Assembly: GCA_964019335.1 (NCBI GenBank)
Contig: OZ025733.1
Coordinates: forward strand, 1 to 64,000
Direction of reading: 5' to 3'
Source: Diplonema japonicum
Lineage: Eukaryota; Protista; Euglenozoa: Diplonemea
Length of the DNA: 64,000 bases
Numbering within the stretch: position 1 is the stretch's first letter; the number at the start of each line of letters is the position of its first letter. Below the pieces are notes generated by a model. That model saw nothing but the letters and a program-made list of their open reading frames with translations. It was not told the origin of the DNA and did no database searches. Positions 1 through 9,969 of the stretch are shown here, one piece after another. The translations under genes and the position numbers were made by a program.

Positions 1-806
1 CAATTTCACACATTTGAATTTATTCTTTAGTTTTTTTCTGAACCTATTTAATTTTTAAACCTAATAAAGAAAGTGTAAATCTCCTAATCAAAACTTTTTA
101 GTACCAGTGTTGCCAAAATGGGTTGAAAATTAAAGTACCCAGCTGTGGTTACTTAATCAAAAAAGAATTTAATAGCCCATTTAACCTATGTATTCAAACC
201 TTTTACCCTTACTTGCTTTTTTTTGTGGAATTTATTTCATTCTTTTAGTTCCTTGCCCAGCAATAGCAGTTGGTCTTTCCTCTTGGCTGCAATCTCCTTC
301 ACCTCCAGTGCTTGCCAACAATAGCAGTGTGTCAGTGGTGGCACCTTCTTCACCTCAATCCTGGGACCTTTCAACCCCAATATTGCCAGCCATGCCCCCA
401 TTCCACCCAAGGTAGGCTATCAGGTAGTCTTTTCTGATAGATTTGCTGGTGCTATTGGGGTGTCTTGTTGGGTTAGGTTATTTTTTAAAACAACCTGCCA
501 ATAAAGTACAGTAAAAACAGGGGGTAAATACAAAGAATAAGAAAGGTAAGTTATAAAGGAAAGAAAAATGACAGATGGACCATTACTAGGCCAAGTACAG
601 GTGCCCTTTGTGAAAATCTTTTTTTCTGAGGTAAAATATCACTTTTCAGGTGTTTTTGACAATTTTTTTTGTGAGGAAAAAAATTCTTTGGGCACTTTTT
701 TTTTTGACCCATGACCATCTCATTTTCACTATTAGCCTTATTAAGGTCTAGAATAGGTATTTTTGAGGGAAAAAAAAATTTTTTTTGAGAAAAAAAATCA
801 ATTTAA

Positions 807-1430
807 CCCATAACACTCCAAGGCACAAATATTTGTCATTTTGAAAAATCATTTTTTTCTCTAAGTACTTTTTCAGCCACTCAACCCCTGGATCTCCAAG
901 AACAACTATAATGAGGAGTTATTTTCAACTGCATTTCATGCTGCACTGCCTCACTTTACCTTGTTATCCACCCACCAAGTGGGTCCCAAATCCAAGTAGA
1001 TAGGCTAAAAACACAAAATAACGGGTGTGCATACTGTGTCCAAATTGTTCCCAAAAAACGCAAAGGTAAAGCCAAAACAGCTATGGACGAGGTCCAACCT
1101 TCATGGGTAAGGGAGTTGGTACCTATAGAGACCATAAAATAGGCCAGTGGGGAGAAAAAAAGCTGGGTTTACAGCATGCCCAGAATCAGCAGTTGTATTG
1201 GTCCACAGGACCCATGAAAATCCCACACGATGCCCAGGAGATGCTACCAGGAAATCAAAAGTAGCCTCCACTTCACTCACACAGAAGGGTCAAACAGTGA
1301 TGTGTTGAAGATACAAGGGTTTCTGGGCAGAATTGGTGAGTGGGCAAAAGCAGCAGTGCCAGGAAAATATTTAAGCATTGATGAGACACTTGTACCTTCA
1401 TGGGGCAATTGGGGGGCTGCAGGTCCAGGG
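807..1430 (+). mobile_element. piggyBac transposon remnant (left end plus degenerate transposase fragment)
   Basis: TTAA at 803-806 is followed by CCCAT, as at a piggyBac terminus. 1230-1405 encodes MPRRCYQEIKSSLHF...KIQGFL...PGKYLSIDETLVPSWG, matching the piggyBac (DDE_Tnp_1_7) pattern M.R.RF..I...LHF...PG..LSIDE..VP..G. It is cut off at 1431 by another element. Confidence 0.75.
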
Positions 1431-1689
1431 CAGTGTTGGTCCAGACCCTTGAGGGACTCAGGGGATGCCAAGGGACAGGACAGGAGTCCCCTGAAATTTT
1501 CAGGGGTCTGGAGGGGACTCAGGGGACTCTTGGGACCAAAAAAATTCTTTGTGTTTTTTGTGTCACAAAGTCCCTTTAGGCTGGGGCTTGCATTTTTTTG
1601 GTACTTTTGGTTTCAAAGGTTCAAAAAAAGAGGTCCTAGGTTTGGGTGGGATGTGAGGCAAGGCTCATACTACCTTGTTGTGACTATGT
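1431..1689 (+). mobile_element. Repeat module E, first part of the composite E-B-F element (hAT-like CAGTGTTGG start)
   Basis: Starts CAGTGTTGG, carries repeated GGGACT motifs and ends in poly(A). A near-identical inverted copy lies at 50081-50342. Confidence 0.75.
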
Positions 1690-1712
1690 TAAAAAAAAAA
1701 AAAAAAAATATA

Positions 1713-3920
1713 CTGTAAAACAAATAATGTCAGATGGAAAAATTCCCAGACAGAAAAACTCCCAGACACCAAAAAAACTCAGACATTTTTCCCATCCAGG
1801 AGTTTTTCTGGGGAAAAGTCTTTTTTACAGAAGTAGCTCCTGCTTTTTTTTCCCATACCACCATGTTTGCCTGGAAGGGCTTTGCAGACTCATATGCAGA
1901 GCCAAAATGTTTACCCTGCATGGCAGTTTGAATTTTTTTTCCCTCCCTTTCAATGCACCAACAAACAGCACCCACAGGATCTTAACTTCAATCTCATAAA
2001 CCTGTACTTCTTTCATCAAATGACCAGTTCGACTACCCAAGGCACTTGAGCAACTGGCTTGTGAGGCACCCAACTTTGGTTGCTGACACTTCCAACCAGC
2101 TCACCCCCCGAGAGGTGGAGGAGATAAACTCCTTACACTGGGCCAAGAAGGCCAGAACAAACCCCCAAAAGCAGCTCCAGCTCCCGAAGGATACTAAAGC
2201 CCTTATTGGGCAATACACTGCTACCCACGGCATCACAGTGGCCAGGTCATGGTACCACACAAAAGAGGGGGTGGAACTAGCAACATCCAGTATTTCCGAC
2301 TGGAAAAAAACTTTGGAGGCTCTGTTGGGCCTGTTGCTGCCCCTTTACCATCGGTCACAAACCTCTTCTGGCCAAGGCAAGGTTTTTGCTTGGGTCAATA
2401 GGCAAAACGAACTTGGCAAGCCTATCTCAGTGCAACAAATATGCACCTATGCAGAAGGGCTGCTGCACACTAATCCAGCCTGAAAGACAGAGCTGGTAGA
2501 CTTTGGTGTCCTTTTCCACCAGCTGGGCTGACAAGCTTTGCAGCAGGAAAGGCTACAAAAGCTGCAGGCCCACCACTGGAAAACCTGGAAACGAGAAGGA
2601 CAAAGAGAGGGCATGCTGTTTCACCATGCAATTCAGGTCAATAATCGACACCCATAAAGTAAGGCCTGAATTGGTCTGGAATATGGACTAAACCTCCCTG
2701 CAGCTGTTGCTGTTGGGGTTAAAAACCAAAACGAAAAGGGGTGCAAAGGTTGTAAAAGTCCATGGCTTGGGGGACAAACAGGCCATAACTGGACAGCTGG
2801 CTGTCTCCCTGGCTGGGGATAAGTTGCATCCACAACTTATATACAAAGGCAGAACAGAACCTGCAGCCGGTTTATCCAGGGTCCATGCCCCAGGTCAAGC
2901 ACCCACCTACCAAATGGAGCCTAATGGCATCACCCAGTCATTGGGCTAATTATGGCAGCTATTATGATACACTCAGTATCTGGGTCAAAAAGCTGTTTCT
3001 TCCTTTTTGCAGTAAAACCATCGATTCTCATGGTTTTGCCCCAAACGAGTCAATTCTGCTGCTTGTCAATGACTACAACTGTCATTCAACCAATGAGTTT
3101 TTGGAGTTGTTCAAAGGCACAAACGTGCACATTGCTTTTGTCCCCCCTGGGCTCACCTACATGGTTCAACCGATGGATATTGGGTTGAATGCAGCTGTAA
3201 AAGCATCTATTAAGAACAGTTATAAAAAGTGGGCCACACGAAGGCTTGACAAGCTGATTGCCTCAGGGGTGGTGGCTGAATCATGGGAGGTGCCCTCTAC
3301 GAGTACTCCCTATATGCCAGGCTTGCCCAGGACATGGAGCATGGATGTGTGGAAGTCATCGACGTAGATGCATCTTCTGACACGACCACCGTGTCCACCA
3401 CCTCGATGATAACCGAAGAAACCTTTTCTGTTTCTTCAGACTTGTCAGTGGAGATACTCCCCAGTCTCACCCAGCAATGGCTGGATGATGCTGCCACCAG
3501 GAGGGCCACCAAGAAGGCAACAGCTAAGCCTGCAAGAAAGAAGGCAGCAGCTAAGCCCACAGGCAAGAAGGCAGCAGCTAAGCCTGCAGGCAAGAAGGCA
3601 GTGGCCAAACCCGGAGGCAAGGTAGCACAGTAGATAGCTCTACCCCCCCCTTTTTTTTCTTTTCTTTTTGCCTTTTATCAATCAGTTTTATCTTGAGCTT
3701 TATGACCACACGGTATCTTCTTCCAGGGATAATATGGACATGAAACACATGACCCAGATACCCAGTGGTTTGGTGGTGGTTTCTTTGTGTGGTTGCTGTT
3801 TGCAGCCCAGGCCAGTATGTAGGTGGTAGTGGACCAGGCCCCCTGACAACCTTACAGGAAAAACTCCCAGACACCAAAAAAACTCAGACATTTTTCCATC
3901 TGGGAGTTTTTCGTTTTACA

Positions 3921-3921
<1 letters not shown>
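1713..3921 (+). mobile_element. Decayed pogo/Tigger-type (Tc1/mariner superfamily) DNA transposon with DDE_1 transposase pseudogene
   Basis: TA|CTGTAAAAC...GTTTTACAG|TA termini with subterminal repeats (GAAAAACTCCCAGACACCAAAAAAACTCAGACATTTTT) at both ends. Broken ORFs carry VWNMD*, GDKLHPQLIYKG, ILLLVNDYNCHS and VPPGLTYMVQPMDIGLNAAVK, which are DDE_1/CENP-B-type motifs, with stops and frameshifts. Confidence 0.88.
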
Positions 3922-3960
<39 letters not shown>

Positions 3961-4079
3961 TGGTATAGTATATATATATATATATATATATAGTATATAT
4001 ATATATATATATATATAGTAGTATACATATATATATAGTATATATATATATACTGTAAAACGAAATACATATATATATA

Positions 4080-4111
<32 letters not shown>

Positions 4112-4112
4112 T
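3922..4112. repeat. Interrupted (TA)n microsatellite containing a 13-bp inverted copy of the pogo terminus
   Basis: TA repeats. CTGTAAAACGAAA at 4053-4065 is the reverse complement of 3909-3921. Confidence 0.9.
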
Positions 4113-4318
4113 ATAGTGCAGTGTACAGCTCAACCCCAGCCAGGACGTCCCAGGTAACCAAGATTCTGCGCTTGTGCAGTTTGCTGCCTGTTCGTCACCC
4201 TGAGCATCTGCGTTACATTCTTCCACTCAGGCGCTACTGGTGATGACCAATGAGGAGGTCAACAGCGAACAACACATCTGATGTTTTTCTTATATTTTCA
4301 TGTTATCCCCACCACCTG
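4113..4318 (-). repeat. Dispersed repeat family R, copy 1
   Basis: Shares GCAGATGCTCAGGGTGA, GGTTACC..GGG and CAGGTGGTGGGGGATAA with the copies at 5387, 6073, 7735, 9237 and 50340. Confidence 0.8.
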
Positions 4319-4323
4319 AAAAA

Positions 4324-4355
<32 letters not shown>

Positions 4356-4425
4356 TGTCAGGGGGTTTGGAGACCTGCTTTGAAAAAAATATTAAAAAGA
4401 GGCCTTTGCAAGAAAAGTACAATGC
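4356..4425 (+). repeat. Repeat module B of the composite E-B-F element
   Basis: TGTCAGGGGGTTTGGAGACC...AAGTACAATGC lies between A-tracts. An inverted copy lies at 49976-50044. Confidence 0.8.
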
Positions 4426-4449
4426 AAAAAAAAAAAAAAAAAAAAAAAA

Positions 4450-5015
4450 GAGACATTTAAGGGTACCTGTGGTATGTGGCAGGATGCCTGAAGAGTCTCA
4501 ATCTATCTCTTGATCGAACCTTTCTGCTGTGGTGTGGCCTTCGGCCCCTCGTTCACCCTCCTCTAGGTATAAAACCCTCAACCGAGTTGGTAAGGACACA
4601 ATAGTTGTACAGTTGTTTCTCAAGGATGTGGTGGGTCACCAGGGAGGCGAATACCGGTCTAGAGGAGTAGCCCCTTACGGAGCTGTTGTAGTAACCCAAC
4701 GTGCATAGGGAGTGGACAGAAACTACTGACGCAGCTGGGATGAGGGGCACTATGCCCTTACTGGTGTGGATGCGTTCTAGTGCCGTTATCACCCAGCCTA
4801 TAACACGCACGCTCTCTTGGACGTCCTCACCCTCTTCACCAGGCGAGAGTCCCATCGTGGCAATGAAGTCTATGGCCAGCTCAAGCCTGGAGACCTGCCC
4901 ACCTGTCGTGCCCCAGTGAAGGGCAGAGAGCCATCGGATGACATGCGGGATGAGCCGTGGGAGGTACTGCTGCCTCAAACCATTGTCGTAGTACCACCTC
5001 AGTGACCGTGGCTTG
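4450..5015 (-). mobile_element. 5'-truncated non-LTR retrotransposon (ORF C-terminus plus ~100-nt 3' UTR)
   Basis: Minus-strand ORF WLSALHW...VSRLELAIDF...PLIPA...VHSLCTLG...GYSSRPVFAS, stop at 4553. It aligns by eye with the LINE-like fragment at 49330-49450 (PLVPA...VKSLTSIG...GFNKRPIFAS). The terminal ~42 nt recur at 5811 and 61010. Confidence 0.65.
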
Positions 5016-5119
5016 AAAAAAAGTAAAAAAAGGGATGGGCAGTGTTGGCCAGACTGGTGGGGTCTGAGGGGTCTGGCCCACAAACCACCCCAACACTGCA
5101 AATTTTCGACCACACCATG
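5016..5119 (+). repeat. Repeat module F of the composite E-B-F element (CAGTGTTGG...CCAACACTG)
   Basis: Near-identical inverted copy at 49853-49950. Confidence 0.78.
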
Positions 5120-5282
5120 TGGTGTGTTGTGACATATTTTACACCATATTTCGCATACCTGATGTTCTACATGATGTATGCAACACAGGGTGCACAACAC
5201 GGCACGTGTTTTATAACATGTACCACTATGCTGCATGGGGAAAAGCAGGTGTCACAATGTGCACCTCTTGGTGCACAATATA

Positions 5283-5317
<35 letters not shown>

Positions 5318-5318
<1 letters not shown>

Positions 5319-5360
5319 AATAAAATTTCAGTGTGCATGGGGGTGCTGACTGTTGGTAAC
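5318..5360 (+). repeat. Short A-tract-flanked repeat module C
   Basis: CAATAAAATTTCAGTGTGCATGGGGGTGCT.ACTGTTGGTAA, with an inverted copy at ~6688-6730. Confidence 0.75.
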
Positions 5361-5386
5361 AAAAAAAAAAAAAAAAAAAAAAAAAA

Positions 5387-5626
5387 TACCTGGGGTGCCC
5401 TGGCTGGGGTTGAGCACCACACACATTAAGGACATGACACAGAATGCAGAAGAAGCTACAACCCGGCCGTCCGGCCATCGTGATTAAGGAAACGATGTGG
5501 AACGCAGAAGAAGCTACAACTCGGCTGTGGTGTGCCCCCTGTAATCAAGTAGACAGTTCTTGTGCAGGGCACCAGCCTCCTTTAACTCATATATTTATCT
5601 CCTATATATTATTTTCAGGTGGGGGG
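5387..5626 (+). repeat. Dispersed repeat family R, copy 2
   Basis: GAAGAAGCTACAAC internal repeats and the GCCTCCTTTAACTCATATATTTATCTCC end are shared with the inverted copy at 6147-6630. Confidence 0.8.
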
Positions 5627-5739
5627 CAGTGTTAGTCAGTCCCGTCCCGTCCCCTAAAACGGAATACGGGCCTGGACGGGACTCATGGGACTCCACGGGA
5701 CGGGACTCGACAGGACTCACGGGACTCTCCCCAACACTG
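5627..5739. mobile_element. 113-bp hAT-like MITE
   Basis: CAGTGTT...AACACTG termini and inverted/direct GGGAC(T/G) subterminal motifs. No target-site duplication is visible. Confidence 0.55.
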
Positions 5740-5810
5740 TCATTATTTTTGATAGTTTTGCAACTTTTTTTTTTTTTTTTTTTTTTTTCCCTTTGGAAAA
5801 AAAAAAAAAA

Positions 5811-5853
5811 GAGACATTTAAGGGTACCTGTAGTATGTGGCAGGACGCCTGAA
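5811..5853 (-). mobile_element. Solo 3'-terminal ~42 nt of the LINE at 4450
   Basis: Matches 4450-4492 and is flanked by A-runs on both sides. Confidence 0.75.
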
Positions 5854-6072
5854 AAAAATGGGAAAAAAAAAAAGAGAAAACCTATTTTTTTTTCCCCTTC
5901 TTTTTTTCTTGTCTTACATTTTTTCGCACACCTAAGCCAAGCTGTTGTTTCTGCTTTCCGCATCAAATGTTGTATTTGGATGTAATAGAAAAAGGGAAAT
6001 AATAAATAATATGTACAAGAGGAGGGTGTATGTTTATACAACCTGTGTAAACAGATTGGTTCCTTGCTTTCA

Positions 6073-6630
6073 GCACTGTGCCCCTAATGTGCAATGTACA
6101 GCTCAACCCCTGCATTGCACTGCCTGTTTGTTGCACATATTTTCATGTTATCCCCCCCACCTGATATAGGAGATAAATATATGAGTTAAAGGAGGCCGGT
6201 GTTGGCAGCACCCTGCACAAGAACTGTCTACTTGATTACAGGGGGCACACTGCAGCCGAGTTGTAGCTTCTTCTGCGTTCCACGTCGTGCCCTTGATCAC
6301 TGCAGCCAGGTTGTAACTTGCATTCCGTGTCATTTCCTTAACCACCACGGCCGGGTTGTAGCTTCTTCTGTGTTCTGCGTTGTGTCCTTAATCACCGCGG
6401 CCGAGTTGTAGCTTTTGTGTTCCGCATCATTTCCTTAATCACGATGGCCGGACGGCCGGGTTGTAGCTTCTTCTGCATCTGTGTCGTGTCCTTAATGTGT
6501 GTGGTGTTCAGCTCAACCCCAGCCAGGGCGCCCCAGGTAACCAAGATTCTGCACTTGTGCGGTTTGCTCAGTGATGACAGATGAGGAGGTCAACAGCGAA
6601 CAACGCATCTGATGTTATCTCCACCACCTG
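6073..6630 (-). repeat. Dispersed repeat family R, copy 3, with expanded internal ~45-50 bp tandem units
   Basis: Five GTTGTAGCTT-type units between 6260 and 6480. Confidence 0.8.
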
Positions 6631-6644
6631 AAAAAGAAGATAAA

Positions 6645-6692
<48 letters not shown>

Positions 6693-6879
6693 AACAGTTA
6701 GCACCCCCATGCACACTGAAATTTTATTGTTTTTTCGCGCACGTAGCAAATACACCCTCTGGTGTGCTCCTGAGCTCATATGCACCTGTAAAATCCGGAA
6801 ACTCAAGAATTTTCTTTTTGTATGGGCCAAAGACATCAGTAACTACATGCACGGCGCACCGTATCGTATTGGTGATGTT

Positions 6880-7540
6880 AGCTATTTGTTCCACAGTTTT
6901 AATTGTTGTGGAACGAGGCACCCAAAACCAAACACGAGAGAGCACACCCAGTGGCTGTCCCTGTTGTTTTTGCCGTGTTTCTCCCCCAGAAACCACAGGG
7001 AAAACGTCCGATCGGGATATACATAACGAAGACCAAAAAAGAGTGTTAAAGTCTTAAAAGAACAAAGTAGCAAAATTCCTTTGCACGAAAGTGACGCCCA
7101 CCGTCAGTCTAGAGTATCCACTCCATTTTTTTCTTTATTTTTTTCTGTGCCCATGCTACTGTGGAACAAGACTTTTCCAACAGTAAGGCCAGCTGCCCTT
7201 ATTTCATCATGTGTGATGTGGTCAAGCCTCATGCCTCTGACCAATTGGCGCCGTGTGGTGTCTTGTTGGCTATTAAATCAACCAGAAAATGATAGCAGAA
7301 GTGCCGCTAGAAGTTCCCCTTTACACACTACGTCACAAACTAGTGCAGCACAGTCGTTGCCACTGAGCTTCTCAAAAGAATCTGTGGCGAGTGTCCTGAT
7401 CACCGTGGTGTTCCCATTTACCCTTTCTCGGTCCGAATACCATTTTTTTTTTACCCCTAGCTTCTCAACAGCAAGTTTAAAAGCATCCATTTTTGTCACC
7501 CCCTCTTTTACTGAATTTGTGCAAAGTGAAAAAACCCATT
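6880..7540 (-). pseudogene. DDE transposase fragment, Sola2-like
   Basis: Minus strand reads EWIL*TDGGRHFRAK at ~7081-7125 and FLGEKHGKNNRDSHW at ~6950-6995. This resembles the W.DG..HF / F....HGK...D.H catalytic-region pattern. It contains stops and frameshifts. Confidence 0.5.
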
Positions 7541-7734
7541 TTTGCCCCTAGGACTGAATTTTCTGGGTACCAGTAACACTCACTTTCCCATTTTCTGGGG
7601 TGTTTTCTTTCCTAACCTGGGGTGGGAAAGTTGTAGAATTTTTTTTTTTTTGGGAAAAAGTACTTAGAGAAATATCGAAAGTGTCAATTGGCCTCATTTT
7701 GGGGGGTTTTTTTTGAAACGATGCCATATATCAT

Positions 7735-8055
7735 TCAGGTGGTGGGGATAATAAAGAAATATAAGAAGTACATCAGATGTGTTGTTCACTGTTGACCTCC
7801 TCGTCAGTCATCACCGGTAGTGCCCAAGTGGGAGAACATAATGCAGATGCTCAGGGTGATGAATTGGCAGCAAACTGCATGAGCGCAGAATGTTGGTTAC
7901 CCCGGGTTGCTCCGGCTGGGGTTAAGCTGCACACATTAAGGACACAATGCAGAACACAGAAGAAGCTACAACTCGGCTGCGGTGCCCCCCCCTGTATCAA
8001 GTTAACAGTTCTTGTACAGGGTGCCACCAACACCGGCCTCCTTTATCTTATTTAT
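7735..8055 (+). repeat. Dispersed repeat family R, copy 4 (most complete)
   Basis: Runs from CAGGTGGTGGGGATAA to GGCCTCCTTTATCTT and covers the segments seen in the other copies. Confidence 0.8.
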
Positions 8056-8070
8056 TAGAGAAAAACAATG

Positions 8071-8216
8071 TACACGGTTAACTTTTTTTCCACCCAAGTC
8101 TGTAAGCAGAATTTCCACCACTGTTTACGGTAACCCACAACTTCTTTTCCACTCTCCACGGTAACCTACAACTTTTTTTCCACTCAGGTGGAAAAAAGTT
8201 ATTTGGTTGCCATGTA
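8071..8216. mobile_element. TA-flanked MITE with imperfect TIRs
   Basis: TACACGG..AACTTTTTTTCCACC versus GGTGGAAAAAAGTT...CCATGTA, with internal direct repeats ACGGTAACC.ACAACTT.TTTTCCAC. Confidence 0.55.
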
Positions 8217-8233
8217 GTTGTTTTCCCCTATAT

Positions 8234-9189
8234 GAGCTCGTCCGGACGAAAATGTCAACACTTTTTTGGGCACCTCCGAAAATTTCTTGTTTTGATTATT
8301 TGAGCAAAAAAAGGGCAGCATGCAACCATAGGAAGATGACATATATGGTGTACATGGCGCCTTCTTTCAATTGCAATGCTTGTTTTGCCATGAGGGTGGC
8401 AGGCTTTGCAACCGGCTGCCCCTGGGAAGCGAAGAATAGAGGTCAAAAAAACGGCGAAAAATGTTTAAAATGCATCTAGGGTGCATAAAATTGGTGTTCA
8501 AGTGCACTTGTGACCCCTGGGTACAAACCAGGGTCGGGTTACTGTTAAAAGTACTTAGCGAAAAATATATGGCACCACATAGCCCCCGAAAATCCGGTTT
8601 TTTACACCCTATTTTTTGGCTTTTTTCAGAAAAACCAATTCTTAACACTTGCCTGCTCATGCAGAGTTTCGACATTGGTATCTTTGGGGTCAAACTTTCA
8701 TTCTCTACCCATCTGCTGAGGTTTTTCCTTTTCTTTTGCACTCATAATACTTTAAAAGTGAAATTTTTGCTTTTTTAAGGGGTTTTAAAGGGATTTTAGC
8801 CTTAAATAGGCCAAAATGGTACTTTAAGGGTAAGTTCTCCCCACCCCATTTTAATAGTGATTTAGAGTCCAGCCCACCCAAAATGACCCCAAAGGTTTCA
8901 CAGATTTTCAATCTGCGTCCATTCCTCCTGTCGCTTTTCACGGAAAAACGAAAATAAAAAAATGGAGTCTGGGTTATTTGTAACTTCGTTTGCCAAAAAC
9001 CATTCTAAAAAACATGTTTTTGCACGTGCGTTTTAAAAATAAAACAAACGGCGAGCATTTTGACCTATATGGTGTTCAAGCTTAGACTGCATTTCTGCAC
9101 ACAAAGTGGTGTCGGACTATTAGAAATTTAACGGGGGTTTTCTGCCACATAGGAGGGTCATTTGTTGATATTTTTTTCCGGACGAGCTC
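8234..9189. mobile_element. Non-autonomous Sola-like DNA transposon (956 bp)
   Basis: TIRs GAGCTCGTCCGGA..AAAAT.TCAAC at both ends and an exact 4-bp ATAT duplication (8230-8233, 9190-9193). GAG...CTC termini with a 4-bp TSD fit the Sola superfamily. Confidence 0.75.
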
Positions 9190-9236
9190 ATATATTATTT
9201 TCCTTATTCCACTCCCTTGGTCAATCATCACCCGTA

Positions 9237-9430
9237 GCACCTGAGTGGAAGAACAAATTGCAGATGCTCAGGGTGACGAACAGGCAGTAAACTGTATGAG
9301 CGCAAAATCTTGGTTACCCGGGGCACCGGCTGGAGCTTAGCTGCACACCGCATGCATTACGGACACGCGGAACGCAGGAGAAGCTACAGCTAGGCCTGTC
9401 ACTGGCCTCCTTTATCTCTTATGTATTATT
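9237..9430 (+). repeat. Dispersed repeat family R, copy 5
   Basis: GCAGATGCTCAGGGTGACGAACAGGCAG...GAAGCTACA...GGCCTCCTTTATCTC. Confidence 0.78.
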
Positions 9431-9527
9431 TTCCTTTTACCTTACAAAAACACAGAGTAGGCACAGCGTCCATCCAGTCCAAGTAGGCACCCCCTTTGTG
9501 CCCGAGAAAAAAAGAAAAGAAAAAAAA

Positions 9528-9635
9528 GGCAAGAATTCCCCTGTTTCGTCACGTTCCGCCTCGTTCCCTTTCGTTCCGGTTCTGCCGTTCCGCCAAGTTC
9601 CGATTTTCCAGTTTGGCGGAAGGGAACGGAACTAC
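9528..9635. mobile_element. GTTCC-rich MITE remnant (second copy at 50481-50586)
   Basis: Aligns with 50481-50586, which ends in CCCACCCCTG (hAT-like CAGGGG terminus). Confidence 0.6.
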
Positions 9636-9969
9636 AGTAGTAAGTGACTTACAGACCTCCTCACGGGGGCACCAGGAGCAACAGAAGTCGCTTGAATCAT
9701 TTCAATAATATCATTAGCCTAGCTTTGTATCTTCTAGTACGGTAAGGTATAGTACATGTTGTTTGGAGGAAGCCTCCTTGAAGGGTGCTTCTTGCCTGGT
9801 GAGAACAGCACCAGGAGGAGAAAAGATGAGTCTAATGACTGTCTGGAAGAGCTTTACTCCCCTCTCTGTGCAGCTCTCACAACCAAAAATGATGGCCTTC
9901 ACTGCATGCTAAATTGTCTTTATTCTTTTCTTCCCACCCACATACCAGTCCGCTATTATCCACAGGGAA

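Noticed and set aside
106-470. CAGTGTTGCCA hAT-like end with a possible minus-strand transposase tail
   Set aside because: No matching second terminus or diagnostic motif in the window; probably TE-derived but unclassifiable.
6260-6480. Regularly spaced GTTGTAGCTT repeats resembling a CRISPR array
   Set aside because: The spacers are similar to each other, there are no cas genes, and the context is eukaryotic; this is a minisatellite within repeat R.
7775-7812. CTGACGAG...GAAC on the minus strand of repeat R as a hammerhead ribozyme core
   Set aside because: GAAC instead of GAAA, no convincing stem II, and CTGA is not conserved in the other copies.
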